Positions 50,015 through 62,646 are shown, counted from the first letter of the stretch. The stretch: 64,000 nt of DNA from Antedon mediterranea (GCF_964355755.1 NC_092672.1:17869237-17933236); one strand, 5' to 3'. The notes: a model not told the origin generated them from the sequence alone. Numbers and translations are program-made.

Positions 50015-53000
50015 AGTTCAAGTTCAAGTTCAAGTTCAAATTTATTGTCAAATACACAGTAAATGAAATTTGCCTTCCAAGGTTCAAATTACAATAAAAA
50101 TAACAACAGTTAAAAACATACAATACTATTACTATACAATGGATAAGATAATATATAAGAAAATATGCTATGAATGAAACATTATGAACAGTATAAATAT
50201 TAAAATACTATATAAAGAATAAAATATAAAACGTCTCAAGTTATCTTTTAAATTGCTTGTTGTATTGCCTGATTGCACACGGAAGAAATGATTTATTATG
50301 ACGCTTAGTCTTCTTAATTGAAGGAATCATCCTTCCGGATCTACTGAAATTTATAAAGTTAAAAAGAGGATGAGACTGGTCGTTAATTATACATTTTAGT
50401 TTTTTCTCCATAACCTTATCGCATATATCATGGATAGATGGGACGTTTGCACCTATTACCTTCTTAGCCATTTTGATTATTCTCTGTAATTTATTTGAGT
50501 TATACTTAGATAAACTATTTAGCCATACAATACAGCAAAATGTTAATATGGACTGTATCATAGCCTGATGGAATAGAGACAGCGCATCTCTGCCAATCTT
50601 AAAGTTTCTTAATTTCCTTAAGAAGTACAATCTTTGGTTTGCCTTCGCATAGACTTTGGCAGTGTTGGCGTTCCATGACAGTTTTTCATCTATCCATACT
50701 CCTAAATATTTATGTTCACTAGTTGTGCGGACATCATTATCTTTGATATTTAAAGGTATAAGTTGCCTCTTAATTTTACGAAAGTCAAACACAATTTCCT
50801 TTGTTTTATTTACATTAATACTTAGACAGTTCATATCACACCAGTTAATTATATTATTAACTTCAGTTCTATACGTGCTCTCATCATTGTTTACAATTAA
50901 GCCTGTGATACAGGTGTCATCAGCAAATTTAACTATTTGACATGATTCACTTCTAAGGTCGCTTGTATATAATGTGAACAACAATGGAGATAACACGCAT
51001 CCCTGTGGGGCACCGGTGTTTGAAACAATGATATCAGACAAAACATTATCAATTCTAACACGCTGGGTTCTGTTTTTCAAGAAATCTCTGATCCATAGAC
51101 AAACAAAAGGATTAACATTCATACTAACTAATTTATCAAGAAGTATGTTTGGTTTCATTGAATTGAAAGCCGAAGAAAAATCTAAAAATAACGTCCTTAC
51201 ATATTGCCTAGGTTTATCCAAAGTTTCATAGATTGGATGCAAGAGGGTAGTTATTGCATCGTCGACACCTCTATTACTACAGTATGCAAACTGATTATTA
51301 TCAACAAAAGGCAACGTTTCTTTAATCAATACATCTTTAAATAGCCTCTCAAAGCACTTTGTAATAATTTGGGTTAGAGCAACAGGACGATAATCATTTA
51401 ATATTTTCGGCTTAGGTACTTTATTTATTGGGGCTATTATTGAATACTTCCACATGCATGGGACACAAGAAGAGCTTAACGACCAGTTAAATAATCTACA
51501 AAAGATAGGCGCAAGTTGTTTATAGCATGACTTTAAAATATTGCCAGTTAGTTTATCTGACCCAGCTGCTTTATTTGGCTTAACACCCTTAAATACTTTC
51601 TCAACTGAAAGCAGATCAAATTCAGGTACATCAGATTTGGTTGTATTTAACTCTAGGTTCAGTTTAACATCATTATCATTAGTATTATTAATTTGGTCAT
51701 CATTATCAAATCTGTTAAAAAATATATTCAGTTTATTTGCAAAGTCCAATGGGCGGGATCCGGATGGAACTATTGTTGTGTTCTGCCTTTCCGCGTTTCC
51801 AATAACTTTCTTTAATCCATTCCATGCTTGCTTGGGGTTACCGCTATCAAAATCATTCTTTATTTTCTCTCCAAATTTGCGTTTGGCATGATTAATTCGC
51901 TTTTTCATTAACTTCTGAATACGCTTCTTTTCCATAACATCATTATTGCGGACAGCTTGTTGTTTTTGCTGTAAAAGTTCTCGGATATCCTTAGTGACCC
52001 ATGGTTTACTATTTGGATAAATTTTTATTTCCTTCTTTTTAATGATGCTAGACTCACAAAAATTAATATATTCAACAATTGTTTCCATAGTGGCGTCAAT
52101 AGAATCTGTATTCATAAACACATCCCAATTCGTAGCTTCAAGACATCCTTTAAATTCCTCCATACTATCATTTGTCCACACTTTGATTTCCTTGACCATT
52201 GGTTTACTTTGTTTTAACTTTTGTTTATAAGCTGGTATTAAATGAATCATCTTGTGATCTGATTTACCAAGACCTGCCTTAGGCGACGACTTGTACGCGT
52301 TCTTTATGTTGCCGTAACAACAATCAAGTATTTTGTCACCGCGTGTGGGAAAGTCTACGTACTGATAGTAATTCGAAACCTTCTTGAGGTCGCACGAGTT
52401 AAAGTCACCAGTGACTAACTTAACAGCATCAGGGGATTCTGTGTCCAGCTCACTTAATATGGTTTGAATGTCAGATGCAGCTACTTTCATATCAGCTCTC
52501 GGGTGGATGTAGACTACTGTGACAAAAATGTTATTGAACTCGCGAGGAAGATAAAATGGACGAAGCGAAACAGTAATGAGTTCATAGTTAGTAGTACACC
52601 GCCGATATTTCACCGTAACATTGTTGCACCATAGACTGTTGACAAAAACGCAAACACCGCCTCCAATGGATTTTCCAGAGTCTAGTGTTCGGTCAGACCT
52701 TTCACATGAGAATCCATCGATGTTTGTATCAAACTCAGAATCAGTATCTGTAAACCATGTCTCAGACATACATATCAAATTTGCATCACGATAATCCTTG
52801 AGATAAAGGGTGCATGCTTTCAACTCATCCAGTTTATTGCGGAGTGACTGAGCATTCCCTGTTAGTATAGAGGGTAGCGGAGCAGAAAACTTACGGCGTT
52901 TAAGTCTAGCTTTAAGACCACCTCTTCTCCCTCGTTTCCTATTTTTGATCTGCGCTCCTAACGTGTCAGTGTCAGTGGCACTAGGCCTAGATCTACGTTG

Positions 53001-53184
53001 CACGCCGGGTAACGCAGGTCGGAGTTGAATGAGCTCCTCGCGGCTATACGTCATGTAGCGGGGTGGGTAACTCGGCCTAGGTGGTACCGTCGACAAACAA
53101 CTACCAATTCCATCGAAAACCAACAGAAACCAGAGCTCGAAACACGATATAACTATACTTAGATACATAATGAAAGTAAAAATA
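50015..53184 (-). mobile_element. Rex1/Babar-type LINE with intact ORF
   Basis: AATAAA followed by a (TTGAAC)n 3' tail. It interrupts a host repeat (GACATTTTTGTTA|xGGACGGGACATATCATTTAA) whose empty version is at ~46705-46737. Confidence 0.9.
50241..53168 (-). CDS. LINE protein: AP endonuclease + reverse transcriptase (~975 aa)
   Basis: Uninterrupted ORF with GNAQSL, SETW, GDFN, SDH (endonuclease) and DYRPVALT, LDFSSAFN, GAPQGCVLSP, KFADD (RT). The ORF-track start at 53201 is in flanking host sequence; the first ATG inside the element is at 53168. Confidence 0.93.
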   Translation of the reverse strand: MYLSIVISCFELWFLLVFDGIGSCLSTVPPRPSYPPRYMTYSREELIQLRPALPGVQRRSRPSATDTDTLGAQIKNRKRGRRGGLKARLKRRKFSAPLPSILTGNAQSLRNKLDELKACTLYLKDYRDANLICMSETWFTDTDSEFDTNIDGFSCERSDRTLDSGKSIGGGVCVFVNSLWCNNVTVKYRRCTTNYELITVSLRPFYLPREFNNIFVTVVYIHPRADMKVAASDIQTILSELDTESPDAVKLVTGDFNSCDLKKVSNYYQYVDFPTRGDKILDCCYGNIKNAYKSSPKAGLGKSDHKMIHLIPAYKQKLKQSKPMVKEIKVWTNDSMEEFKGCLEATNWDVFMNTDSIDATMETIVEYINFCESSIIKKKEIKIYPNSKPWVTKDIRELLQQKQQAVRNNDVMEKKRIQKLMKKRINHAKRKFGEKIKNDFDSGNPKQAWNGLKKVIGNAERQNTTIVPSGSRPLDFANKLNIFFNRFDNDDQINNTNDNDVKLNLELNTTKSDVPEFDLLSVEKVFKGVKPNKAAGSDKLTGNILKSCYKQLAPIFCRLFNWSLSSSCVPCMWKYSIIAPINKVPKPKILNDYRPVALTQIITKCFERLFKDVLIKETLPFVDNNQFAYCSNRGVDDAITTLLHPIYETLDKPRQYVRTLFLDFSSAFNSMKPNILLDKLVSMNVNPFVCLWIRDFLKNRTQRVRIDNVLSDIIVSNTGAPQGCVLSPLLFTLYTSDLRSESCQIVKFADDTCITGLIVNNDESTYRTEVNNIINWCDMNCLSINVNKTKEIVFDFRKIKRQLIPLNIKDNDVRTTSEHKYLGVWIDEKLSWNANTAKVYAKANQRLYFLRKLRNFKIGRDALSLFHQAMIQSILTFCCIVWLNSLSKYNSNKLQRIIKMAKKVIGANVPSIHDICDKVMEKKLKCIINDQSHPLFNFINFSRSGRMIPSIKKTKRHNKSFLPCAIRQYNKQFKR

Positions 53185-53415
53185 AGGACGGGACATATCA
53201 TTTAAATCTGTTTTATTTCATAAACCATGCATCTTTATTTTGCCCATAAATATACTGCAGTTACTTTTCTTTTCAAAGTAAGCCTCAATTATTCATAATA
53301 AAGTATTTTATTAATTTCATACTTGCATTTCAAAATTCATAATTGTTACTTCTGAGACATTTCGATTGTGTTTTTTCCCTCACTTGTGTTTATTGAAGTA
53401 ATGGCTTTAAAACCA

Positions 53416-53655
53416 TGTAGTATCCAGTCATTACAAGGTACACAGTAATAAAGAACACTTAAACCAGCTTGATGTGTAACCATCTTTATTCACTCACTCA
53501 CTATTGTATCTAACTATCGTATCTCACTATTGTATCTAACTCCACAACACTCCCGTGCTGTTCCCTTTATGCACCACTGCAGCTGTACCCAAAATATTCA
53601 CACATTCACATCATCATAGAGGCCGTTACAGAGGGCGTTATACCCTAATACAACA
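53416..53655 (-). mobile_element. Possible short solo LTR
   Basis: TGTAGTAT...ATACAACA termini and a minus-strand AATAAA. No TSD found. Confidence 0.3.
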
Positions 53656-55135
53656 AAATTGTTATTTAATTCTTAATTTTAAATCTTAATTTTCAACTCC
53701 TAAGGATATTAAATTGGAATAGATTTAAACAAGTTTGTTAAAACTTGTATTTATTAATTAAAAAAAACATTACTATCAAAATTTATTGAATGTTACGGAT
53801 GGGACATTTTTTTTTATGGATGTGATGACAATATTGTAAGAACTAAAAAGTGTTTTTGTACTGTACAAAGGTGTTAACTGTTGTTTATTAATCACAAAAC
53901 ATTGTGGTCTGTATTTAAAATAACAATCCACAAAAAAGAGCAATACCTAAATCCAAAACAACATGACCAGTATGAATGGTAGTATTGGGTGTGGTCATCG
54001 CTTTGTAGATTTCCTTCCTTTTATAAATCAGATATTAAATAATTAAGATTGAATTTTAATAGAAGTAGGCCTACAGTTATTAAATCCAAGCAAGGATAGA
54101 AGACAATTTCAGATGCAACTTGGATCCACTAAAACAAATTCAGACGTCAAACGCCAACGCCAATTTTTAAAGATTCACCTTAAAGCTCATGTACAGGCAT
54201 GAATTTTAAATATAAAATCTGGTTAATTGTACATAAATAAAATATTTGTAACAGAAATCAAGATGAAAAAACATGAATTTTCCTTAATATGGTTAAATAC
54301 AAAATTTGGCAAAATTCTGCCATAAAAACCAGGAAGACTTTTTTTCAGTAGTTAGGTAATTTAACCTAATGTAATAACATGTCTGGTGACTTCCTAGAGG
54401 GTGAAAAAAGATAGTGGATATGCGGTGGATAATTTTTGCTATAGCATGAAAATAAAAATCTGAAGTTTAAAGATGTATTGTCCCCCTGAAAAAAAATTTT
54501 TTTTCAATATTTTTGTTGAATAGGCCATTTTAATTGCACAAAAGTTATTCACTTTGACCTCAATTTGGATTTAAAAACAATTTTTACACGGGAAAATCGC
54601 AATTTAAAGCAAAAATTAACCAACCGGAAGCTATTTGTCTGGAAGACAAATGTGTTCCGGTTTAATTTAACCCTTGACCTGAGTTAGCTCATAAATATTC
54701 ATATTGTATGGATACATCGTGTGGATGATCGATGATGCTTTCCAAATCAACAGCGAGAGAGTCGAGTAGTGATGCGAGACGAATCTTGAAGAAAACACGA
54801 AAACTATAGCTTGCAGAATGCTAAGTTAGAATTACAGTTGGTAACTTTTATTCATTTAGGTGAGTTTATGTTTCGCTAACAGGAGAGGCCTAGCTAGGCC
54901 TAGGCCCGAATTTGCTGCTACTGTACTAGTACTAGCACTGACAGTCTCGAGAGACGTAGCCTTACTGCTGCCTACTTCTGTTTCTAGAAGTAGAGTGTAG
55001 TAGGCCTAGGCAGTACACTGCTAGCTAGGTAGGGCTACAGTAGACCACCACCAGCAGAAGGGATGTATTTTTGTTTTATTAGGTGATCATTTAGAATAAA
55101 ATGATCACCTATTGTTATTGTATCAAATCTTTGTT

Positions 55136-58100
55136 ATTGGTTATCCGCAACGAAGTTGCAGGATAACCTCTTGTGATCGTACGAAATCATCATCATCAAC
55201 ATCATCTTTTTATTGGTTATCCGCAACGAAGTTGCAGGATAACCTCTTGTGATTGTACGAAATCATCATCATCATCATCAACTTTTTATTCTTCTTCTTT
55301 CTTTCTGTATGATTTTTGTGTAACGCTTTTCTCTAAAACTCGCAAACATAACATTTCGGTAACTATGTTAACATTTTGACATTTATGTAACGTCGTCAAG
55401 CGAAGCTTTTCATGATGTTTACAATTGCGCAACGTGACGTACGCGCGATTTAACGATTTTCTCGTATCTAACATATGTCGAAAACCAAATAACATTTTAA
55501 AGTGAAACTTTGCAAAAGTTTAATTTATATCATGCGCTAACTTTCTGTTGAAAAAAAATTGTGTGTTTTAAACAAAGTTACGCGCGCACGCGTATTTAAA
55601 TTTTCAAAATGCGCAAAATTAATTTATAATCAACTTTCTACGCGTTTCATGTCGTTTTAAGCATGTCAAAAATTCCCACGCGTGCGCACATTTTTACGTG
55701 TGCGGTGCGCACGTACCATTGAAAACGTATTTTTTTCGCGTGATTTATGTTTTTCCAGCCTTTTCTAGCAATTATACCAAATTTTAAACAATTTCGACTT
55801 AAAGATACGTCATACGAGCACGTCGAATTGGACAATTTGCGCGCGTTTTTTATGAAAAGGTTAAAAAATTCGTTTAAAATATGCCTTTTTTTAAACAGTC
55901 GTAATTTCTAAACTAGACGGTCAACTTTTTGTGGATGACATATTCTGGAAGTAGATGAGTTGTAGATATCGGATCAGGTATTAATATGGCTAACCGGACA
56001 TTGTGACGTCATCGTATGGCCACGCGAATATAAAATTTAGGATTTTTGTATCTTTCGTCATAACTCATCACATTGAATAGAGCGCATCTCCACTTATTCG
56101 TTTTCCATTTTCACCCTGATTTTGATATTGTCTAGGTCAATCAACTATCTTTCGCATGAGTTAAAAATATTTTAATTTTTTTGACGTCATCATGCCTAAA
56201 AATTTAAATCACGTGTGGCATCAATTTCATCTTTACAGTAAATTTTATTCTGTTATAGCTCGTAAGAATAAAATGTGATAATCACGATTAAAACTTTTTC
56301 TGGAAGCTATTGGATTGTAGATACGAAATTATGTAAAAATGTTGCCAATCGGATGTTGTGACGTCATCATATGGCCAGTTAAATAAAAAAGGTCGTATTT
56401 TCATCTTTTGCGTCATAATTCATTACATTTAAAAGAGCGCGCATCAATATTTCACGTATTCAAATTTCTTCTACACGCTAATACGTTGTTGCTGAGATAA
56501 TTTCCTTTCGGAATTGCTACCTTCGCGTTTTATTTTAAAACCGTCAACATGTTAAAAATTGCAATAAATAGCAGGTCCCGTAATTTCACCTATTCTACAC
56601 TGTATGTCACTGTATGTGATATGGATACAGAATATACTGTGTATACTATATATGAATTTAAATAATAAAATTCAGCAATAACAACATATCATATTCTTCA
56701 GTTCAGATCATAATGCCAACGTGAACACTTCCTTTTGTCCTCAACCTATCCCCTTAATGTTAATGTTGCACCACTTGCGCGGCGGATAACCAAACTCGTC
56801 AAAGTGACGAGTTACATGTCTAGTTCTTCTTCTTTCTTTCTGTATGATTTTTGTGTAACGCTTTTCTCCAAAACTCGCAAACATAACATTTCGGTAACTA
56901 TGTTAACATTTTGACATTTATGTAACGTCGTCAGGCGAAGCTTTTCATGATGTTTACAATTGCGCAACGTGACGTACGCGCGATTTAACGATTTTCTCGT
57001 ATTTAACATATGTCTACAACCAAATAACATTTCAACTTGAAACTTTGCAAAAGTTTAATTTATATCATGCGCTAACTTTCTGTTGAAAAAAAATTGCGTG
57101 TTTTACATAAAGTTACGCGCGCACGCGCATTTAAAATTTCAAAATGCGCAAAATTAATTTATAATCAACTTTCTACGCGTTTCATGTCGTTTTAAGCATG
57201 TCAAAAATTCCCACGCTTGCGCACATTTTTACGTGTGCGGTGCGCACGTAGCATTGAAAACGTATTTTTTTCGCGTGATTTATGTTTTTCCAGCCTTTTC
57301 TAGTAATTTTACCAAATTTTAAACAATTTCGACTTAAAGATACGTCATACGAGCACGTCCAATTGGACAATTTGCGCGCGTTTTTTATGAAAAGGTTAAA
57401 AAATTCGTTTAAAATATGTCTTTTTTTAAACAGTCGTAATTTCTAAACTAGACGGTCAAATTTTTGTGGATGACATATTCTGGAAGTAGATGAGTTGTAG
57501 ATATCGGATCAGGTATTAATATGGCTAACCGGACATTGTGACGTCATCGTATGGCCACACGAACATAAAATTTAGGATTTTTGTATCTTTCGTCATAGCT
57601 CATCACATTGAATAGAGCGCATCTCGACTTATCCGTTTTCCATTTTCCCCCCGATTTTGATAATGTCTAGGTCAATCAACTGTCTTTCGCATGAGTTAAA
57701 AATAATTTAATTTTTTTGACGTCATCATGCCTAAAAATTTAAATCACGTGTGGCATCAATTTCATCTTTACAGACAATTTTAATCTGTTATAGCTCGTAA
57801 GAATAAAATGTGATAATCACGATTAAAACTTTTTCTGTAAGCTATTGGATTGTAGATACGAAATTATGTAAAAATGTTGCCAATCGGATGTTGTGACGTC
57901 ATCATATGGCCAGTTAAATGAAAAAGGTCGTATTTTCATCTTTTGCGTCATAATTCATTACATTTAAAAGAGCGCGCATCAATATTTCACGTATTCAAAT
58001 TTCTTCTACACGCTAATACGTTGTTGCTGAGATAATTTCCTTTCGGAATTGCTACCTTCGCGTTTCATTTTAAAACCGTCAACATGTTAAAAATTGCAAT

Positions 58101-58349
58101 AAATAGCGGGTCCCGTAATTTCACCTATTCTACACTGTATGTGATATGGATACAGGTTATACTGTGTATACTATATATGAATATAAATAATAAAATTCAG
58201 CAATAACAACATATCATATTCTTCAGTTCAGGTCATAATGCCATAGTGAACACTTCCTTTTGTCCTCAACCTATCCCCTTAAGTTAATGTTGCACCACTT
58301 GCGCTGCGGATAACCAAACTCGTCAAAGTGACGAGTTACATGTCTAGTT
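55136..58349 (+). mobile_element. HINE-like family A, copy 1 (middle element)
   Basis: 5' TTGGTTATCCGCAAC-GAA-GTTGCAGGATAACC, (CAT)n, body 56826-58349, 3' CGGATAACCAA followed by hairpin and CTAGTT. Confidence 0.85.
55212..56825 (+). mobile_element. HINE-like family A, copy 2 (inner element)
   Basis: Complete 1.6-kb copy, nearly identical to copy 1 and inserted at a TT in its microsatellite. Confidence 0.85.
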
Positions 58350-60599
58350 ATTTATTACTTTCTGTACAGATTTTGTGTAACAGATATCTCAAAAAGTTTA
58401 ATGTCAATGATTACCAAAATTTCACAATGTCTTTCAAATACTTTAACTTAGTTCTAATAAGCTTTTCAGCGTGATCACTCAACCGTGACGTAATTTATAC
58501 GCCATTTTGTGAAATCACATTATCAATCATATCTCCATAATTAATTATCACATATTAATGTAATTCACTAAACGTAAACTTCAGGTCAAGGGTAAAAATA
58601 TTAGCAAATAATAACGCACGCACACGTAGGGTCATGCGCGTGAAATCGCGCTTTAAAAATTTAAAAACCTCAAAATTAAGTTTTGATCAAATTAGAGCAT
58701 GAATTAGGCCATTTGCGTGTTTCAACAAATTACTGCGCAAAAAAAAAATTTTGCGCGCGCAATACTTAAAAAGCGTAAAAAATACGATTTTTTTTTACAA
58801 ATCGCATTCTACTCACCATCTTTAGTACATTCACAAAATTTGAATCAGTTCCGATATAAAATAACGCTATACGAGCAGGTTCAAAATTACAAAATGCGCA
58901 AATTAGTTGCATCAAAGTGTTGAAAATGGTGAAAAATAAGGCATTTTTAAAATGAAAATAATTCTTCAGAATGCACGATGACCCCCAATTTTTTTAACTT
59001 TTTCTGGAAGCCGTTGAGTTGTAGATATGAATTCATGTACACAATTTATGTACAAAATGTTTTAAAGTCATCAAATGGCCACTTGAATTTAAAATTAAGT
59101 TATTTTTCTCTTTTGTCATTCTTTTTCACATTCAATAGAATGCATCTCTGTTATTTTGTGCCCGATTTCGCTCAATTTTCAGTATGTGATTGCTCAATTA
59201 ATTGACTTTATTATGACTTGCCACTACTTTTATTTTTATGACGTCATCACGCGTAAAAACTTGATTAACATAGGTCGTGTAATTTCACCTTCACCGTAAA
59301 TTTGAATATCTTACAGCTCTTCAGAATTAAAGGTTACCTTGATGATTATAATTTATTATGAAAGCTGATGAAATTTAGATATGAATTCATATAAAAATCA
59401 AGTCTATTGGATGTTGTGACATATGGCCAGTTGAAGTTAAAAAGTAGTATTTTCATCTTTTTCGTAAAAGTTATACAAATTTCAAAGAGCGCGTACAGCG
59501 CTTCTACGTGCCAAATTTTCTTCCAATTCTTATATTTATTTGCTCAATTCCTTATCTTTCGAAATTGTCATCTTTGAGTTTATTTTGATAATTCCATCAT
59601 ACCAAAAAATTGGAACATGATGTGTGTCCCGTAATTTCACCTATGCTACACTGTATATAGATATACAGTATTTACTGTACATAATGTATATGGCATATAA
59701 TAGGCATAACTCAGCACTATAAGCGTATAATAGGATGGCATACATCAACATTTTTCGATTGTATGTTAACGTACGTACATGTTTAAAAAATTAATTAATT
59801 AATTAAAGTCAATAAAATGATAAAAATGATCACCTATAATTCGTCAAAGTGACGAATTAAATTCTAGTAATTTTTTGTTTCTATCATGATGAATTGGTTT
59901 AATTTTTAAAGATTTCAACTATCTATTCTGCAGAGAAAATTACCAAATAAGTCTAAATATTGTTTTAGATGTTTACTGATGCAGTACTGTATTTTAAAAA
60001 TATTTTCTGCATCAAATGTAATAGGTTCAAATTAACATTCCGCAAATAAACATTTATACAGATATTTTGACACAAATTTTTTTTTTTTTAGGTATTAACA
60101 TTGATTGAACAATAAGAGCAAGTAGTGAGAAACACAAAATGTATCGTACAGTGGCAACATTCACAATTTATTGAAACGTTTCTTACTATTAAAATGACAC
60201 TTTGTAATGGATATGAGCGATCTTAGAAGACTATAGCTGCCGTAATTACTGCCACAATTAACACATTGATAATTGGTAGACAAATTGACACAAAAAAACA
60301 ATACAGGAATTCAATAAGATATACTGTATATATATTTTTTATTAACCCCTTTTGCACTGTAATATTTACAGTAAAATTATGAAGTACAAGTAAATTTGAA
60401 TAATTTATCCTGTGTACTGTTGTAGTTTTTTTTTATTTATTGAATGTCATGTTTACAAAATAATATACTGTACATATAATACAAAAAAAAATTATACAAC
60501 ATTTTACATACAAGCTGGACAAGAACATATTGGCCGAATGCAGCAGGAGAGTCACAAATATTTTTCCTGCAATATCCAATCATATTCCAATACCGAGTC

Positions 60600-60933
60600 T
60601 ATCATTAGTTGTCTTTGGGTGACCTCTGTTCCAGTCTTCATCAGCTCAACGTCTTTAAATAAAAGTGGTTTAATGGTTTTCGATCTAAATTAAATACGCG
60701 AAATTCATAAAATCGCGCGTAACTTACGCTGCGCAACTCGGACGGGACCGAAAACCTTATTACGACATCTTCAGATAGAGGTCAATCTTCTGATAAAGTT
60801 ATACAATGTTATGTTGAGAAGATTTAGAGATACACGCGCAACAAAATTATGGGAAAGAAAGAAGAATAAGAAAGAAAGAAAAAAAGATCGTGACAATAAC
60901 AAGGGGTTATCCGCCAAGTGCGGATAACCAACA
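60600..60933 (-). repeat. 5' part of another HINE-like element
   Basis: The reverse complement starts TTGGTTATCCGCACTTGGCGGATAACC followed by a CTT-rich tract. A similar decayed piece is at ~63000-63130. Confidence 0.5.
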
Positions 60934-62646
60934 AGCTTCAACTGTAAATGTATATCCAAGCTGGCTGTATTTTCGGAATGTAGCTAAGATTGATGGCATA
61001 GCTTAGGCCAGTCTATGAAGAGTACAATGTACCTAGCTGGGCATCTTCTGCAGGGACCCGATTGTCCCAGTCTGCTTGCTACTAAAGTATATGCAGCAGC
61101 ATGTATTTAGCCCTGAACTGGAAAAATCCCAGGCTAAGTTAATTAATTTACCTTCCTGTTATTATTGTGTTATATATATATTATTATATTTAAAATAACC
61201 GTCTAGGCCTAATTACCGACAAATTAACAGCTCAGCTTTACATACGATCAGGGGAAACCCACAGTCGAGTCGCGTCGATATCTGGTGGTGTTGTACAACG
61301 TGCATCGTCCATTGTTAGATCAGATCTCTGCTGTGTGGATGCATTAACATGCATATGTATGAGTTAGCTCTACCGGCCTAATTTCTGAGTCGATGAGTTC
61401 GAAAAAATGGTAAACTTATTTTGATTTTTTATAAGCGAAATCAATATTTTTTTTCGGTGGAAGTGAATAACTTTATATTAACTACAAAATGGTCTATTCA
61501 AAATTTGATTTTTTTCATCTTTATTTTTCATGTTTTGGGGGACAATACAACTTGAATAAAAATACCAGAAATGTAAAATTCAAGTTATATTACCTATATT
61601 TAGTCATCTGATATCATTTTTTACCACACCGTTTATTTTTCATAGCTTTTTAAAATGCCTCTCTATTTACAAAATTTGTGTACAAAAGAATAGAGACTTT
61701 ACTGTGTAATTTGAACTATCCCCCCACTGATAAGAAAGTGCTTATTTTCAACAAGCTCCTGTAAGTGTAACACAAATAAAATCCCAAAAATAATGAAACA
61801 TAGGGGAAATTATAGATCGATAATTATTCGAATGTATGATCAATAGAATTTTTTGCCCGCACCTTATTTTAAAATTTTTTTAATACCAAAAATTATACAA
61901 TTTTTTAACGTGGACAAAGTTGTCCTGTCCGCGATATTAGAAATGTCCCATCCGTAACAACATATAAATCATATTTATTAATTAATTTGCAGTTAAATTT
62001 TTATAATTAACATTCAGTTATCTAAAACAACTATCTGGCAACATAATAATACAAAAAACATATTTTAAAATCTCTTTTAAATGAGGAGAAATATTACAAT
62101 ACGTAAACCTTCTCAAAAGTCATGTCCATTTGCCGTCCCATTCGCGACCCATACAATTTTCATAATAACATTTTTTTTGTACAGTCTTTTTTCTTTTTTG
62201 GACTTTCATAATAAACATTGGCCATATAAGTATACATTTATTCTACTTTGAATCTTGGATTCTTTTTTATTTCTAAGATATGTCTAGTTATATTCTCAAA
62301 AATGTCCCGTCCGTAACAAAAAAATACTGTGGAATGCCCCAGTTACGAATATGACTGGTGATATTTGTCAAATATGAAATGGGGATCAGCTCAAAAGTTT
62401 CACAAATGTGTGGCTAGAAGGGCACTCATAGAGCGCAAAAACCACCTAGGCATTTGAACATTTAATGATGATGTGTGAAGCCATCCTTTAAAATCGGGCA
62501 ATAACTTTTTTAGTAATCCTGCTACTGTAACTACAAATATAGAGAGAAACAAACTATTACAGTAATATGCATACCGGTAGTTGATGTATCGGAATTTCAT
62601 TTCATTTTGTTGTACCTGCCAGTTATTTTATTTTTATAATATTCAG

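Larger units (their letters stand above)
55076..59868 (+). mobile_element. HINE-like family B (outer element)
   Basis: 5' hairpin TAGGTGATCATTT..AAATGATCACCTA, 3' AAAATGATCACCTA followed by hairpin AATTCGTCA-AAG-TGACGAATT and CTAGT. Confidence 0.8.
54471..61552. mobile_element. Kolobok-like non-autonomous element hosting the nested HINE stack
   Basis: TTAA|AGATGTATTGTCCCC...GGGGACAATACAACT|TGAA. Further inverted similarity between GAATAGGCCATTTT..AAAGTTATTCACTT and AAGTGAATAACTTT..AAAATGGTCTATTC. Confidence 0.65.

Noticed and set aside
53169-53201. ORF-track start of the 986-aa LINE protein
   Set aside because: The ATG at 53201 lies in the flanking host repeat, outside the inferred element.
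55286-58349. Duplicated small ORFs (MLFG.RHML, MSN.TCSY) as a gene pair, or a simple tandem duplication
   Set aside because: They come from two copies of a non-coding repeat, and the order of termini shows nesting.
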